From Enoplolaimus lenunculus (taxonomy: Eukaryota): a DNA stretch of 64,000 bases. Of the stretch, positions 38,773-51,900 are shown in pieces (the stretch's first letter is position 1; each line of letters starts with the position of its first letter). Location of the stretch: assembly GCA_030248215.1 (NCBI GenBank), contig JASANG010001546.1, forward strand, positions 124,001 to 188,000, given 5' to 3'. The position numbers and the translations under genes are program-made. Under the pieces are notes generated by a model. The model made no database searches and had not been told where the DNA came from. It saw nothing but the letters and a program-made list of their open reading frames with translations.

Positions 38773-41700
38773 GAGTTGTTCTACACTGCAGTGTGTAGAC
38801 GACTAGTATTAGAAATAATGGAAACGGATAGTGAACAAAATATGTGAGAACGGGTGTTGAACAGGGTGCAACCAAAATTCCGGTTCCGTTATTGAAATCC
38901 GGTATTTTTCACTATATCTGTTTCTGGCAATAAATACGGTATTTTTTCACCTGAATTTTCCGGTATTTTCGGTATTGAAAATTTTTCGTATTCAAAACCT
39001 GAAAGAAGAATTGGCATTGTGTTGCAAAAATTTGCAGTTTTTGTCTCACTCTAACCTCCAGCAAAAATTCATATGGAGCCGGAGGTCGATTTTTTTGCCA
39101 GAGCCGGAGGCAGACCTCCGGTTGCACCCTGGTAACACGTGTTTTTGTTTTCCGGTTCCGGTATTCTTTTAACATTCCGGTTCCGGTTGTACCCTGGTAT
39201 TGAATGAATGCTTCAGACATTTTAGAACGCAATTCTGGAATCCAAATACTTCGCCTGCGATTAAAATTACAAAGCAAAAATAGCGAATGAACCGATATTT
39301 TTAAGATTTAGGATAAATTCGCAAATTTTATTTCATATCGAACAATTGCAGCATATCTGTAATGAAAAATTGCAAGATATATGCATAATTTATAGAAATA
39401 GAGTGAAAATGGAGCGAAGACCAGCAGTTCGAACGCAGCCTCATCTAATCTATTTTTAGCCTGCCATGTTCACCGTTGGATTTTTCACCTTCAGTTGCCG
39501 ACTGGCGGAATTCAAACGAAACAATAATTCTTTTTAGCGCAGAGCTTGAGTTCAGCGAGTTTCAACTTCAACGTTACAGAAATAACGGATCAAGCGATCG
39601 ACTCAGTGAATTGAATTTGACTCTGGCGGCGTCGAAATTGAGTCAGTTTTTGTAGTCCGAACAACCTATTTCGGAAAGACTCAATTTGACTCACCATTTT
39701 TTGCATTTATACCATCCCAGTGTGTAACCGGCTATCCGTTTCCCGTAAAAATCTGTGTCTTTTATGCACACCTCACTTGTGTTGGCCAAAAATAAAACGT
39801 TTTTGACACTTTTATTCTTCAATATTTGTTCAGCTTAGAACACATTTTGTCCAAGCTGATTCGGCGTCAACATAAAATTTTGTGATTTGAATAGCGGTTA
39901 TGTAGACAAAATGTAATGTCACATGATATTGACTTGCAAATCACTGATCTCAAGCGATCATCGTATAGAAATAACCATTTGTCATGCGAGACATTTATGC
40001 GAATATCGTATTGTATTCCAAAATTCTACTAAATATCGTATGATATTATGCAGGATAATGGAATTTGTGCGCACAAATAAAACAGTAAAAAGTCAGCTAA
40101 TGCAGCATTAAATAATTTCGAAAGTTGAATTAGATTCTACGTTTCTGTATCTCGCCGAATTTTTCCCAAAATATATTCCTAAGTACAATTATTTCAAATT
40201 TTAGTATCGTATGACATTCTACAGGACAGTTAAGCTAGTTTACCACAACTTTGCAGACATTTTCAAACATATATGATATTGCAGTACAAACAGTAGATGT
40301 CACATCAGGATAGTAGACAATTCAAATTTTTTGAATCTGATAGCGGATAAACGGTCAGACAAAATGTTACCAGCTATAGTCATTGGGCCAAAACGTGTTC
40401 CAGGCTGCCCCAGTTATAACGTGAACCCCGCATAACCCGTTGACACCAACCTGATTGCCAACAGGCAAAACGCACATAATTCTAATTCTGGACATTCCCC
40501 GATTCAAAGACTTTATAAAATCTAATCTCAAAATGCCATATCGAAACCACAAGCATGTTTGCTATTTGAAATATTTTGTATTTCCTTTTTGCGAAAATTT
40601 GCCTTGTCATTAATATTTCAAATTTGAAAATTCCCAAACACGACAAGGGCGCCGTATAACAACCCTTCCGATGTATTTTCAGACCGAATTTGCAAGTGGT
40701 TAATTTTATTAACCTGGTTTGACTTTTATACGTTTCATTTTGGTAAAATTGTGCAAACTCCGGTTGGCGTTTTTGGACGCTGTAAAATTTGTTATGTGAA
40801 TTGTTTCGTGGCAAAAGTTGGTTAGTTTTTAGACGAATATAAAAATTTGCCAGAAGTTTGGCATAAAATTTTGCTGTTCAAGGTGTGAATTGCGTTCGAT
40901 TTTATCGGATGAAGACTTTCGGCATTTAAAATCTTAGCAGGTTATTAAGAAGCCGGCTCTGGTTGGCTGTGTGTCGTCGTTCAGCGTCACTTACCAGGAA
41001 AAAATTACCAGTAAAAAATGTTTTTTTTTTCATTTCTAAAAGAGCGGAGGAAAAAAGTAAAATGGAAACAACTTAAACGTTGTTTAAATCACATTGGCTG
41101 GTTTCTGAAATCATAGTTGAATATTTACTTAAATTGTACTTAAATAATTACTTAAGTCGCCGACTTAAGTAAATGCTTAAATTTTTGAGCAAAAACAAAT
41201 AAACGAAATATGTCAGCCATTGTCATAAAACAAGAAAATAATTGTTTTGCTTTATATTGAGGAGGGACCAATAGTCTACAATTTCAATTTGCCCAAGGTT
41301 AGAATGATATAGTTTTAAGAGGTTTTTTACTTTACTGATTTTAATTTTTAAATGTTTTATTAAAACCCATTAATTAATGATGACAAGATGGTAAACTTTG
41401 AACGAATACAAGTTAAAGTTAAATATGTTTTTAACTAAAATTGTGCTTATAAATTTTTAGCCAATGACGGGGCACTTGTTAACTTTTCTCCGCAAACTGT
41501 TTCGCCCACCTAATAACATAAGGACTGAATGGTCCCAGGTATGCTCTTTTATGCTTAGGATAAACCTAGGTTTGAAACTAATGTTTGGCCCTAAACATAG
41601 GCTTAATCTTTGGCATGGAGATGATTGGGACTGCAGGTATGATGTGAAGGGATTTTTGCGTTGTTTCAAATTGATGTTTAGAATAAGAAAGCAAAATGTT

Positions 41701-41825
41701 GGATAAACGAATCATTTGTAATAATGAATATTAACGTATCACGTGCAGTAACATTATCAGCGATTTAGGTAAACCACTCGTATCGCATTAGATTACGTTT
41801 TTTACTTAATTGTCGAGATTAGGTC

Positions 41826-42048
41826 AAAAAATTTAAAGAAAGTTTAAAGAAAAAATTAAAAAAATTTAATAAAAAATTTTAAAGAAAAAAATTTAAAAAA
41901 ATAATAAAAAATTTTAAAGAAAAAAAATTTAAAGAACAAATATTTAAATAAAAAATTTCAAAGAAAAAATTTAAAGAAAAAAGGTTAAAAAAAATTTAAA
42001 GGACAAAGATTTTAAGAAAAAAATTTAAAGAAAAAATTTAAAGAAAAA
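41826..42048. repeat. A-rich minisatellite, about 13-bp unit (AAAAAATTTAAAG)
   Basis: Direct tandem repetition. Confidence 0.9.
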
Positions 42049-43406
42049 CGAATATTTCACAGTTCATTATTTAAAATAACGGCACTTTGGCATTACATTA
42101 AGGTTTAAGTACCTTATTTTATCTCAGTTTATGCTCCGATTCCGGTTCCAATAAATTTTATCAACTTTCACCTTCTGTTCCAGATCCGGAAATTTTCACA
42201 TCCGGTCGTATTTCAGCGTTAATATATAATATGAACAGTTGGTGCACTTATTTATTTCATATCTACATAATTAAAACTGGAATACCCCATATACGTATTT
42301 TTGGTTTGTTTGCAGCATACTTTGTTTACAACAGTTTTATAGCACATAGACGTGATTGTTGTACAATTAGAAAACTTGCATACAGATTTTTAAGCTTTCG
42401 CTAACACGTTTGTGCATTGCGTAAAGTTGGACGACCAGTTGTAATAAATTTGCGAATAAATGTTTTTCTAATTTATTAACCAATTTAATGTTACTATATA
42501 TTTCAGCATATACCTTAAATCTCATTTGATTCGAACAACGAATTTAAAGTAATAACAGCTGCGACATGATTAAGCTTCGAAATAATATATAATCAACCAA
42601 TATAAACGTTAATGCAATACATAACCGATTAATATTTGAAACTTTTACACAATAAAATATTACTAATCTGACTGCGCTTATGACAGTTTGAAACGTGTAA
42701 ATCCACTTAATATCCGTCCAAACCTTCTTCAATTGCCGTTTTGTGCCGTACAAACCGGAAATTTTGCTCATTCTGGTTTAAAGTAAATATTTTCTTCAAA
42801 AAACAGCATATTCGTTTGAAGAATAAGCTTATTGAATTATGTCTTTTGTGCATAATCTGCAATATTTATGCTTAATATTAGCAACAATTTGATTCGATTT
42901 CCGCGTTTACCTAAAGTATTGGAGGCAGCGTGTTTTATTGAAACCGAAACCTATTTGTAAGGAAAAAATGACGATTATGACCAAATTGTTCCTGATTAAT
43001 GGTAAGTTTACGTTCGCTAATGTATAGGCACAGGTCCTGAACAAAATTGGTGGCTTTGAAATGATTGATTTGGCTTAATCGCTATGGCATATGCTTAGGT
43101 TTGATTTAGGCATTAATTTGCGCTTAGGCTTATAAACTACGAAATTTGATTCACAATCTATTTTATACTCGGGTACTGAACGTGGGTTTGAATCCAGAGT
43201 TGGTCTTTTTCCGATGCCCAACTCTGGGTTGTGTGAGTGTAGGAGGGTGGTTATATGATGAACCTAAGGCGATGGCTCATGTCCATTTCTTTGGGTTGAT
43301 TTCGGTTATTCTGTCCAGCCGGCGTTCGCTCAAAGATGGTTGGATTTTGAAATTTTTTTCGCATATTTGAGCTTCCCTTTTCAAACGCACTGTTTAACTG
43401 AACAAT

Positions 43407-43750
43407 GGCTGGGTTTCTGAAATCATACTTAAATATTTACTTAAGTCGTCTACTTAAGTAAATACTGAACTTTTCGAACAAAACCCGATAAATGCCAAAC
43501 GCGAGCCCCTGTCACAACAAAATAGCAATAGTTCTGGTGTACATTAAAAAAGAAACATGAGTCTACAGTTTCAGTTAGACCAATGGCAGCATGCCCAAAC
43601 TGCTAACCTGTAATATGTCAAATTTTGTCCGCGACTTAAGTATTTGCTTAACTTAAGTGAGCTTTTAACAACGACAAAATGGTTAAGTAATTGCTTAGCA
43701 CGTGCTTTAAGTACTAAGTCGTACTTAAGTACAGTTTCAGAAACCTGGCC
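43407..43750. mobile_element. Harbinger-like MITE with ACTTAAGT repeats (partials at about 41096-41290 and 50090-50220)
   Basis: ggctgggtttctgaaa / tttcagaaacctggcc; 3-bp TSD aat. Confidence 0.82.
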
Positions 43751-46462
43751 AATCACTCGTTAATATTTTGACTTTTCACGTTATAATCTTGGTGAAACTG
43801 GTTGATTTGTAAAATCGGAATTGAAGTATAATTTACTGGTGGGCGGTTTTGAGCCACGTTTTTAGGCCAATTATAAGAGTCAAACCTGAAAGGTTTGGGT
43901 GGAAATTCTCACGAGCGAAACGAACGAGAAAAGCCGGACCCTATTTTTGTTTTCAATTAAAATTTACAATTTAATTATTGTATCGCTCCATTTGGACGGG
44001 GACACTGTCACGAACCCCCTAAACCCGTCTTTGGCATAAAGTGCCGACTCAGTATCGTAGCGACTATAAAATTTAGCACAGAATTTGTGTTTGGTATTCC
44101 GGCTATTTCGGTAGTGAAATTTTTCGTATTGCAGACATACTGTTCAGTGATCTTGTTAGCATATCTGGCGGAAAATCCACACTGTGAACTGGAAGACAAA
44201 TCGTAGGTCACTTAAAAATTGAAGTGTGTCCCCAAATGCCACTTCGGAAGACACGCGAAAGCGATTTAGCATATAAACGAAGCCAACCGATTCAAAATGA
44301 CCAAAATTGTCTGGCAGTGTGCAACCGGAGTTTCGGTTCCGACATTTTTTCACCTTCCGGTTCTGGTTCCATTTCCGGTAATTTTTTCAAATTCCGGTTC
44401 TGGTAAATGGTAATTCCGGTTACACCGCGATCGCTCGGGGTTGAATTATCCTGACTGCGACCCTTGGACATGGTCCCGTCCTACTGACTCACTGTAGCGG
44501 ATCAATCGCGTATATCTCCAACTAAAAACGTCCACATACATAACACAACAACCTGTTGCAATTGCCGTATATTCTCCGTCCAATCATTATATATGCCATA
44601 AAGAGAGAGCCGTTTCGTTTCTGTTGCACCGTTTTGAGTGCAAAATCACAGAGCTGACAAATATTAATTTCTTTCAAACCCTCTTCTCCTGCTTTGATTT
44701 TGGCCACTGGCAGTCCTGCCATATACAGCTCGCCCCCCCCCCCACACACACGAGCATAATATTTTTGAGCCAAGAACACACGCGTTCGATGAAACTTTAT
44801 TTATTACCAAATATCGCCAAAAATACGTTATTCGTAAAGACAAAAGCCTAACGCGCGCCTGTTTGATACATCCCTCCCACTGGCGGATTCATCAGGGGGG
44901 CCACCCCCGGGCTATCGCCCCCTCACCCCAGGAATCAAAAAATGTTTTGCATGAAAAGATTGAGTACTCAAAATTGCGTTTGGCTTCTGGTTCGCTTCAC
45001 TGAAGCCTTTTGGTGTGAAATTTTTGGATCCGCAACTGGGATCCTTTTAAGCTTCCTTCGTTTTGGTTCGTCGTAGGCGCAGCGTTGAGTAAAAATAAAG
45101 TTTTGGTTTAAAATTTTAAATATTTGCTTCAATTGTTCCGACTGATTGAAAAAACCCCCAAACGCTGTGCGAGTTTGTCGCACGTGACGATGCCCTAATT
45201 TGGGGGGATGCATTTCAGGGGAGAGAAATATATTTGATCAAGTGCTCACAGCTTTGTCTTTATGCGACTACGCCAGTCTCTGCGCTTATGGTGTTTTGTT
45301 TTCACTGTTTCAAAACGATTGTACCAAATACAACTGCTTTTTGACGACAATTACTAATACCAAGAGTGAATGATGCATACTTGAACAAGAGTATACAACT
45401 GGGGGGTACATTCTGTGTAGTAACGAATGTACCCGGCACGCGTTGCGTTTTTGGCCGACCCCCTTTTATTTAGAGGGGGTATAGCCGGTGCGAACCATGA
45501 TACTTATTTTAATGCGGCATCAAACATGTTTTCCATACAGTTTAACTTAGGGTATTCATGTGATAGCGACCGCCCTCTGACCAATGGGGGGTCGGCCAAA
45601 TACGCAACACCCGGTGGTATATTTTATACCAAGCGGATCCCCAAAAGTTGCACACTCTTGTATTATACACTCTTGCTAATACTAAATGTATACAGTTTTG
45701 CTCCCTCTGAACGGATGTAATTCCGGGTGAGTTGATTAATTAACACACAATGAGTTCAATCAATTCGGAATTCTGAGTTCTGTAAGACTCTAATTCAGTG
45801 CTCAGACCTTTGAGTGGATTCAACTCATTCTGAGTTAAAATCAACCTAATGGAATTTACAGGATTGAGTCGTTCACAAAAAAGTACAATGAGAAACTTCA
45901 ATGATATATTGACATAGCGGAACTCACTTTGGTTGACTTGGAAATACAATACCCAGTGGCAGATCCAGAAATTTCTAAAAGTAGGGACATGCGAGATAGA
46001 ATAGTAGAAAAAACTTGCAAGTGAAATGGACGTCGAGCCAGACACAAGCGTCAAACCTTATAATACAAAATATTGGTTTTAATACCTGTTCGGGTGAAGA
46101 CCAGGCCCGGATGGGTCCCCGCTTGGGTGTGTCAGTGACAATATCAGATCCAAAATTTCTTTCAGCGGACGCACTGTAAATTCAAGTGAGTTGATTTTTA
46201 ACTCAGAATGAGTTGAATCCCGGTATAGAAGTCTGAGCTCTGAATTGAGTGTTTCAGAACTCAGAATTGATTGAACTCGATTTGAGTTAATTAATCAACT
46301 AACGCAGATTTAAATCCAGCTCAGAGTGGGTAAATATTTACTGTTAATATTAACTCAGAAATAACCAAAAATAACTAATTCTCACTCTGACTAAAATCAC
46401 TGCAATGTACTGTTCGGAGTAGGGGTTTAGCAAATCTTGTTTACAAAATTTCAACGTAGGTA

Positions 46463-46684
46463 CACTGCAAAAAAATGGTTACTCAAATTGACTCTCTCCG
46501 AAATAGGCTTTTCCGGACTACACAAACTGAGTCAAAATTTGACTCCGCCTGAGTCAAATTCGACTCACCCGAGTCGACAGTGAGTCGAATTTGACTCTGG
46601 CGGTGTCGAATTTCGGCTGAGTTTGTGTAGTCAGGAAAAGCCTATTTCGGAGAGAGTCAATTTGATTCACCATTTTTTGCAGTT
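46463..46684. mobile_element. Second full copy of the CACTG palindromic MITE (partials at about 38227-38380 and 39598-39706)
   Basis: cactgcaaaaaaatggttactcaaattgactctctccgaaataggc...gcctatttcggagagagtcaatttgattcaccattttttgcagt. Confidence 0.88.
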
Positions 46685-47872
46685 TAGCTAATCATTCGGC
46701 ACGCATACGTCATTGTTTTTAAATTTTCTATCATTTTGTAAGTAAATTTAAATATGATGAGAAACAATAAAGTGACAATACCAAACTTTTAGCCGAGTTT
46801 ACCGGCACGGAATATACATCACATACTTTTAAAATATTGCAAATATGACCTGTTTAAAATAAGAACCAGTCGAGTCAGAGACAAGGATACTGAGAAGACT
46901 TAGAGACTTTGACGTTTCGACTTCTGCTTATGTTTCGGCTTACGGCATACCTGTAGCCAGGTCACCTTGTTAGGGGGCAGAACAGTTTTCAGTAAGGGCA
47001 TACAAGGGTTTTCGTTGATTTTACAAGCAAGGTTGAAAATATTTTAAGCGGGCCGAAAATTTTTCATGGGGTGCTTCGCTCCCTCCCCAGCTCCCCTTTG
47101 AATACATGTCGGAATTCCAGCATCGCAATCATACTCATCCGGAATTGTAATTGAAATAAAAATTTTGACTGAATTTTAGCCGAAACCGGAATTTTGTTAG
47201 AACCCTGCCAAAAATAAATTGGTAAATCTTATGTCACCTTACTACTGATTTTGTTTCACGAACGGTTTCCTTCAAATGTCCCGCCTTATCTGTTCAGCAG
47301 TTCCGGCGGAACCACTCACTCAAACGTCCCCAATTGGGGACCCTGACCCTCTGAAGGCCCTATCTTAGCAAAGTAAATTTTTTCGCGGACCACGAAGTTA
47401 TAGAGCTGTGAATCATTTTATTAGGGACTCTTCGGACCTGTTTGGTAAGGTCCCGATAATCTTAAGGCCGGCTTTGATGCTCAATGCTTTTCATTGGCTG
47501 GCCATAAAGTCGCATGTACCAGTTTTTAAGAGCGGCGAACGTTCCGGATCCTACGTAAATGATTGTTTCAGTAAACGCATTTTTAATCTCTTAATAGATT
47601 TCAGTAAGATTACAGCTATATTTTGAGGATAATGTAGTATTATATTTCGTTTATTTTTAGAACGAATACATTCAAATAAGTAAAGTACAATAGCGATTGG
47701 GAAATGTTCCCAGGATTAAACGTCAACCCGCAATGAACTTCTAGTTTTTTCTCACGGTTTAAGCGGATTTCAATTTATTTCCCACGGTTCCCATGTATAC
47801 TCAACGCGTTCAACCAATCACAATCGAGAACGGCATTTTAAAACTAGCAAACTGACATTTGATTGGACAGCA

Positions 47873-48878
47873 ATGACGTCATCATCAGCAGTGTCATGTC
47901 TCCTATTCGCCGGGTGGTTTGCAACCATCATCCGTGTGTGTTTGACCATTGAATTCGTAGCCTATTATGCTCCTGGCAAAATAACTGGTCGAGATTGTAA
48001 CGCAACTTGTGACGACCTGAAGAGTTTGGTGAGTTTTAATTAAAACATTTTCATGATTTTTTTACTGTGGTTGAGGTTTCCCTATACTCAGGTCAGGAGC
48101 AGCCACCCCTCATACCCCCGTTTGGGGGGCCCTCACCCCTAAAGGAACCTTTCCTAGCCGGTTGAAACAAAAACCGCCGAAGTTTTAAAATGCGTCTGGC
48201 TTCTCGATCGCGAGTTTTGGGGTCCCCACCCTGAAGTATGGGGGCAGCCCCTGCCCTGGTCTGTTTTAGCACTGCCAAACATTTTAAGTAATTTGTTAGT
48301 TTTGCTATTTGCTAATTTTGTATAACCGAAGTCAACTTTTTTCGTTTGACCAACATCGTTGTATATATTCTTTCGTTTCGCGTAATATAAAACGTAAATT
48401 TACTAAATTTAAATTTAATAACAAATAATTCAATTTTATGCGCTTTTTCTGAAATTTCTTTTGCTTCTGTATTAAAATCGCTGAATTGGCCATAAATGTT
48501 GAAAATCGGTGCCAGCAAAAATGAAAAAATGGTTAATTTTATTGGGTTTTTGAAAAGTTTTGATTTTTAAAAATTAATTGCATGCGTTTTCAAATTTTTA
48601 TTGTTTTTCAACAGCAGTTTGTTAATAATTGCAAATGTGACTTAATTCTGCATTATTCTTTTTTGTTCATTTATTTGGTCTATATATATATATATACAAA
48701 TTCTTGGACATTAATATTTTTTATTTTATAGATCTTGAAATGGCTTCGAATATTAAAAAACATTAATTTATTGTCCGCGTTTTCAGCTTTTCATTTATTC
48801 AATACACTTGAAAAGGATTAATTGTGTCGATTTGGCATGTATTATAATCTCGGAAGAATGCAAAGTCGTGCTGCAACT

Positions 48879-48912
<34 letters not shown>

Positions 48913-51900
48913 TATAAATCAGCAATGAGCATGGGCGTATATATGAAGGATAGGGGGTCATATTTACCGAAATTTCTGAAAAACTTCAAAAAAGGGAACT
49001 TTTAAAGGTTTTGGAATAATCTGCATATGTCAAAGAGGTCTCTCTTGTTTATGCCCGTTCGCAAAAAAAACTTTTCGACGTAGTCATCCCATCCCGAAAT
49101 ATAATTCTGATTACGCCCCCTAGCAATAAGCATAGTATTTAGAAGCTTAACAACAGCAAATTGCAAACACAAATATATATTTATATGATATGTCTTATTT
49201 TGAGGGCATAAATTTCAATTACACGCAAAAGTCAGCTTTAAAATCTGTTGTCTAGACATTATTTTTGAGTGAAACCCTCGTCAGAGGTTGTCACGAAACA
49301 TTCGATTGCCCCCTCCCCCGGTTCCGGTTCCAACTTAAATCACAACCTGATGAACCAAAATGTAACGGTTTGTGATTGGTTGTAAAATTGGTAGCAAATT
49401 TTTTGGACGCGTTTCTTTATTTTGATTGGCTAAAAATGGTGAAGTTTGACGATGATTAATTATTAATGTTTGGTGCTTGTAAACTTGTGACAGCACAAAT
49501 ATGTTCTAAAATTAGCAAACACTGAGATTTGGCTCGAGGAGGGGGTTCGGGGTTGGAGAATAATTTGGGCATAAAATTAATGATATCTGCCTGACGGCTG
49601 AGCGATGTTGACGTAAATGGAAACTTTAGTTTCAAAAAGTCATGTATTTGGATATCAACGGAAAAATACGGCAAAAAACAAGTTGAATTTTGGACTTAAT
49701 CTATCAGTCACATTACAACGTAACATCAACCTATTAACCTTATTCCTAAACCTAAGTCTAAGACTAACATCACAGCGTAAGGATAAGCTAAAAACTTAAC
49801 TTTAAGCGCAAATTGTTGTTTAAACCCTCGTATAAATTCAAAATTAATATAAATATGTATTATATTTTGTTAATATATATTTTTAGCGTGAATTCAACGA
49901 CTGTTTCCGAAGCTGTCAGAACAATCCCGAACGAAAATCTCAACTGAAAGATAACAGACAAAACGTCAACCAAAGTAAGTAAAACTTTTTTGTGTATCGC
50001 ATAATTTTATTAAGTTTAGACTTATTGGGATTGTAAGCTGACGCTGTCATCTTTTGATATAAAGCAAAACTATTGCTTTCTTGTTATAACACCAGGCTCA
50101 AAGTTGTCATTTATTCGTTTTTGCTCAAAAAGTTAAGTATTTGTATTTATTAAAGACGCTCGCAGACGTCGACGTAAGCATAACTTATGTAAATACATAA
50201 GTGAGATTTCAAAAACACAGTCATTCATTTGTCATGGATAACTGTCGTAGCCCAAGTCGTAATTTAGCTTAATTACGAATTAGGCGAGTCCAAAGCCGAA
50301 TTACGACTTGGCCCGCCCCAAGGCGGAATCATGTGTGATAAGCTGTGCGTTTTCTGATTGGTTATTTGACTGTCATAATCCGTCTTGATTCCACTTCGCT
50401 CAGTAACACAAACTGTTTGGTAGCTAACCGGTAGCGATTGCTTAGCCAATCAGAACAAAGTACTTGCATCAGCTAATCGCATTTGAGTATGGCATTAAGC
50501 TAGTAACCGAATCACAACGCGTGCACTTGTAGCACAGATAGAATTACACCGTGGGCTAGCCCAAATCGTAATTACGCCCTGGACCAGCCCAATTCAGAAT
50601 TGGGCTAAATTACGACTTGGGTTACGAAGTAAACAATTAATTTTAGAAAATAAACAAATTGGTACATTTTTTCAGAAAAACAATATCCGTTACCTCCGCG
50701 AAATTTAACTGTTAGCCTTTCGGTTCATGTCGAAGGTTACTACAAAGACATTAAAGCTCAGATTAAGTGGGATGCGGAACCAGGTATATTGTTTTTATTT
50801 GTTTATTTTTGACAAAAATTTGAAATAATAAAAAGTCGTTTAAAAATATTTTATTCTGACTCTGCCAATGTGGAACTTTAGATTCTAAATACTGTACAAT
50901 GAATAACATTTATGAATACACCTAAATGTAAACATTTGGTTTGCTGAAGCTTCTGCATGGTACAAAATGTATCAGCACGCGTTATATTTTTGCCCGATCC
51001 CCCACCCCCCGCCCCCGATTGATGGACAATAGTACACCACTTGAAACACACAGTAAACATTGGCTTGAAGAATATAGTAGGAGCCACTTGAGATTAAATT
51101 GAAAAGATTAGTGCCACATACCCCGTTTAAATAAGGCGGGGTAGGGCAAAAACGCAACGTGCGCTGGGTACACTGTTTTGTACACAGAATTTGCTCATTT
51201 GCATACTCTTGTCATTATCCACTCTTAGTTAAAGCAAGAGTGGATGATGCGTACTTAAACAAGAGTATACAACTAGAAACATTCTGTGTAGAAAAGAATG
51301 TACCCGGCACGCGTTGCGTATTTGCCCAATCCCCTAATTTAGAGGGGGTTCAACTTGTGTGAAACATGACACTTTATGTATCCAGCATCAAAAAATTGCT
51401 TCGCTTATAGTTAAATTTAGGATTATTGCATGTGACACCGACCCTCTTCTGCACAAGGGGCGTCGGCCAAAAACACAACACCGGTCGGTACATTTTGTGT
51501 CACACAGAACCGCACGAGTTGTGCACTCTTGTCTCATGCATTCTTGGTTTAAGTAAAAAACTTTCATTTTGAATCATTTTACTCGATGTTGTAATTTTAA
51601 AATGAAAAAAAATTAAATTTTGAAAAATTTATTTCTTTTTCGCTGTAAAATTTATTTTAAATCTTATAAAATTGTTATGTTTCAGACGATCGACAAGGGT
51701 TTACGCTCACTGTGATCGCCGCTGATATTGGATGCCAAGAAAATTTTCCTGGATATCATGTTTTGAATATACCACCGGTAAGTTCATTTTTAGCCAATTT
51801 TGTATTTTGTTTAGTTACTCAGAAAGTTTCACAAATTTCTCCCCTCAAATCATTAAGCATACAATTAACGGCCAGTGTAAGGAACAGGGGCGGAACAGTA

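Noticed and set aside
37800..47800. Additional gene or autonomous transposase between XPO5 and the RTK
   Set aside because: Only MITE fragments, satellites and short ORFs; no exon chain or transposase motif recognised.
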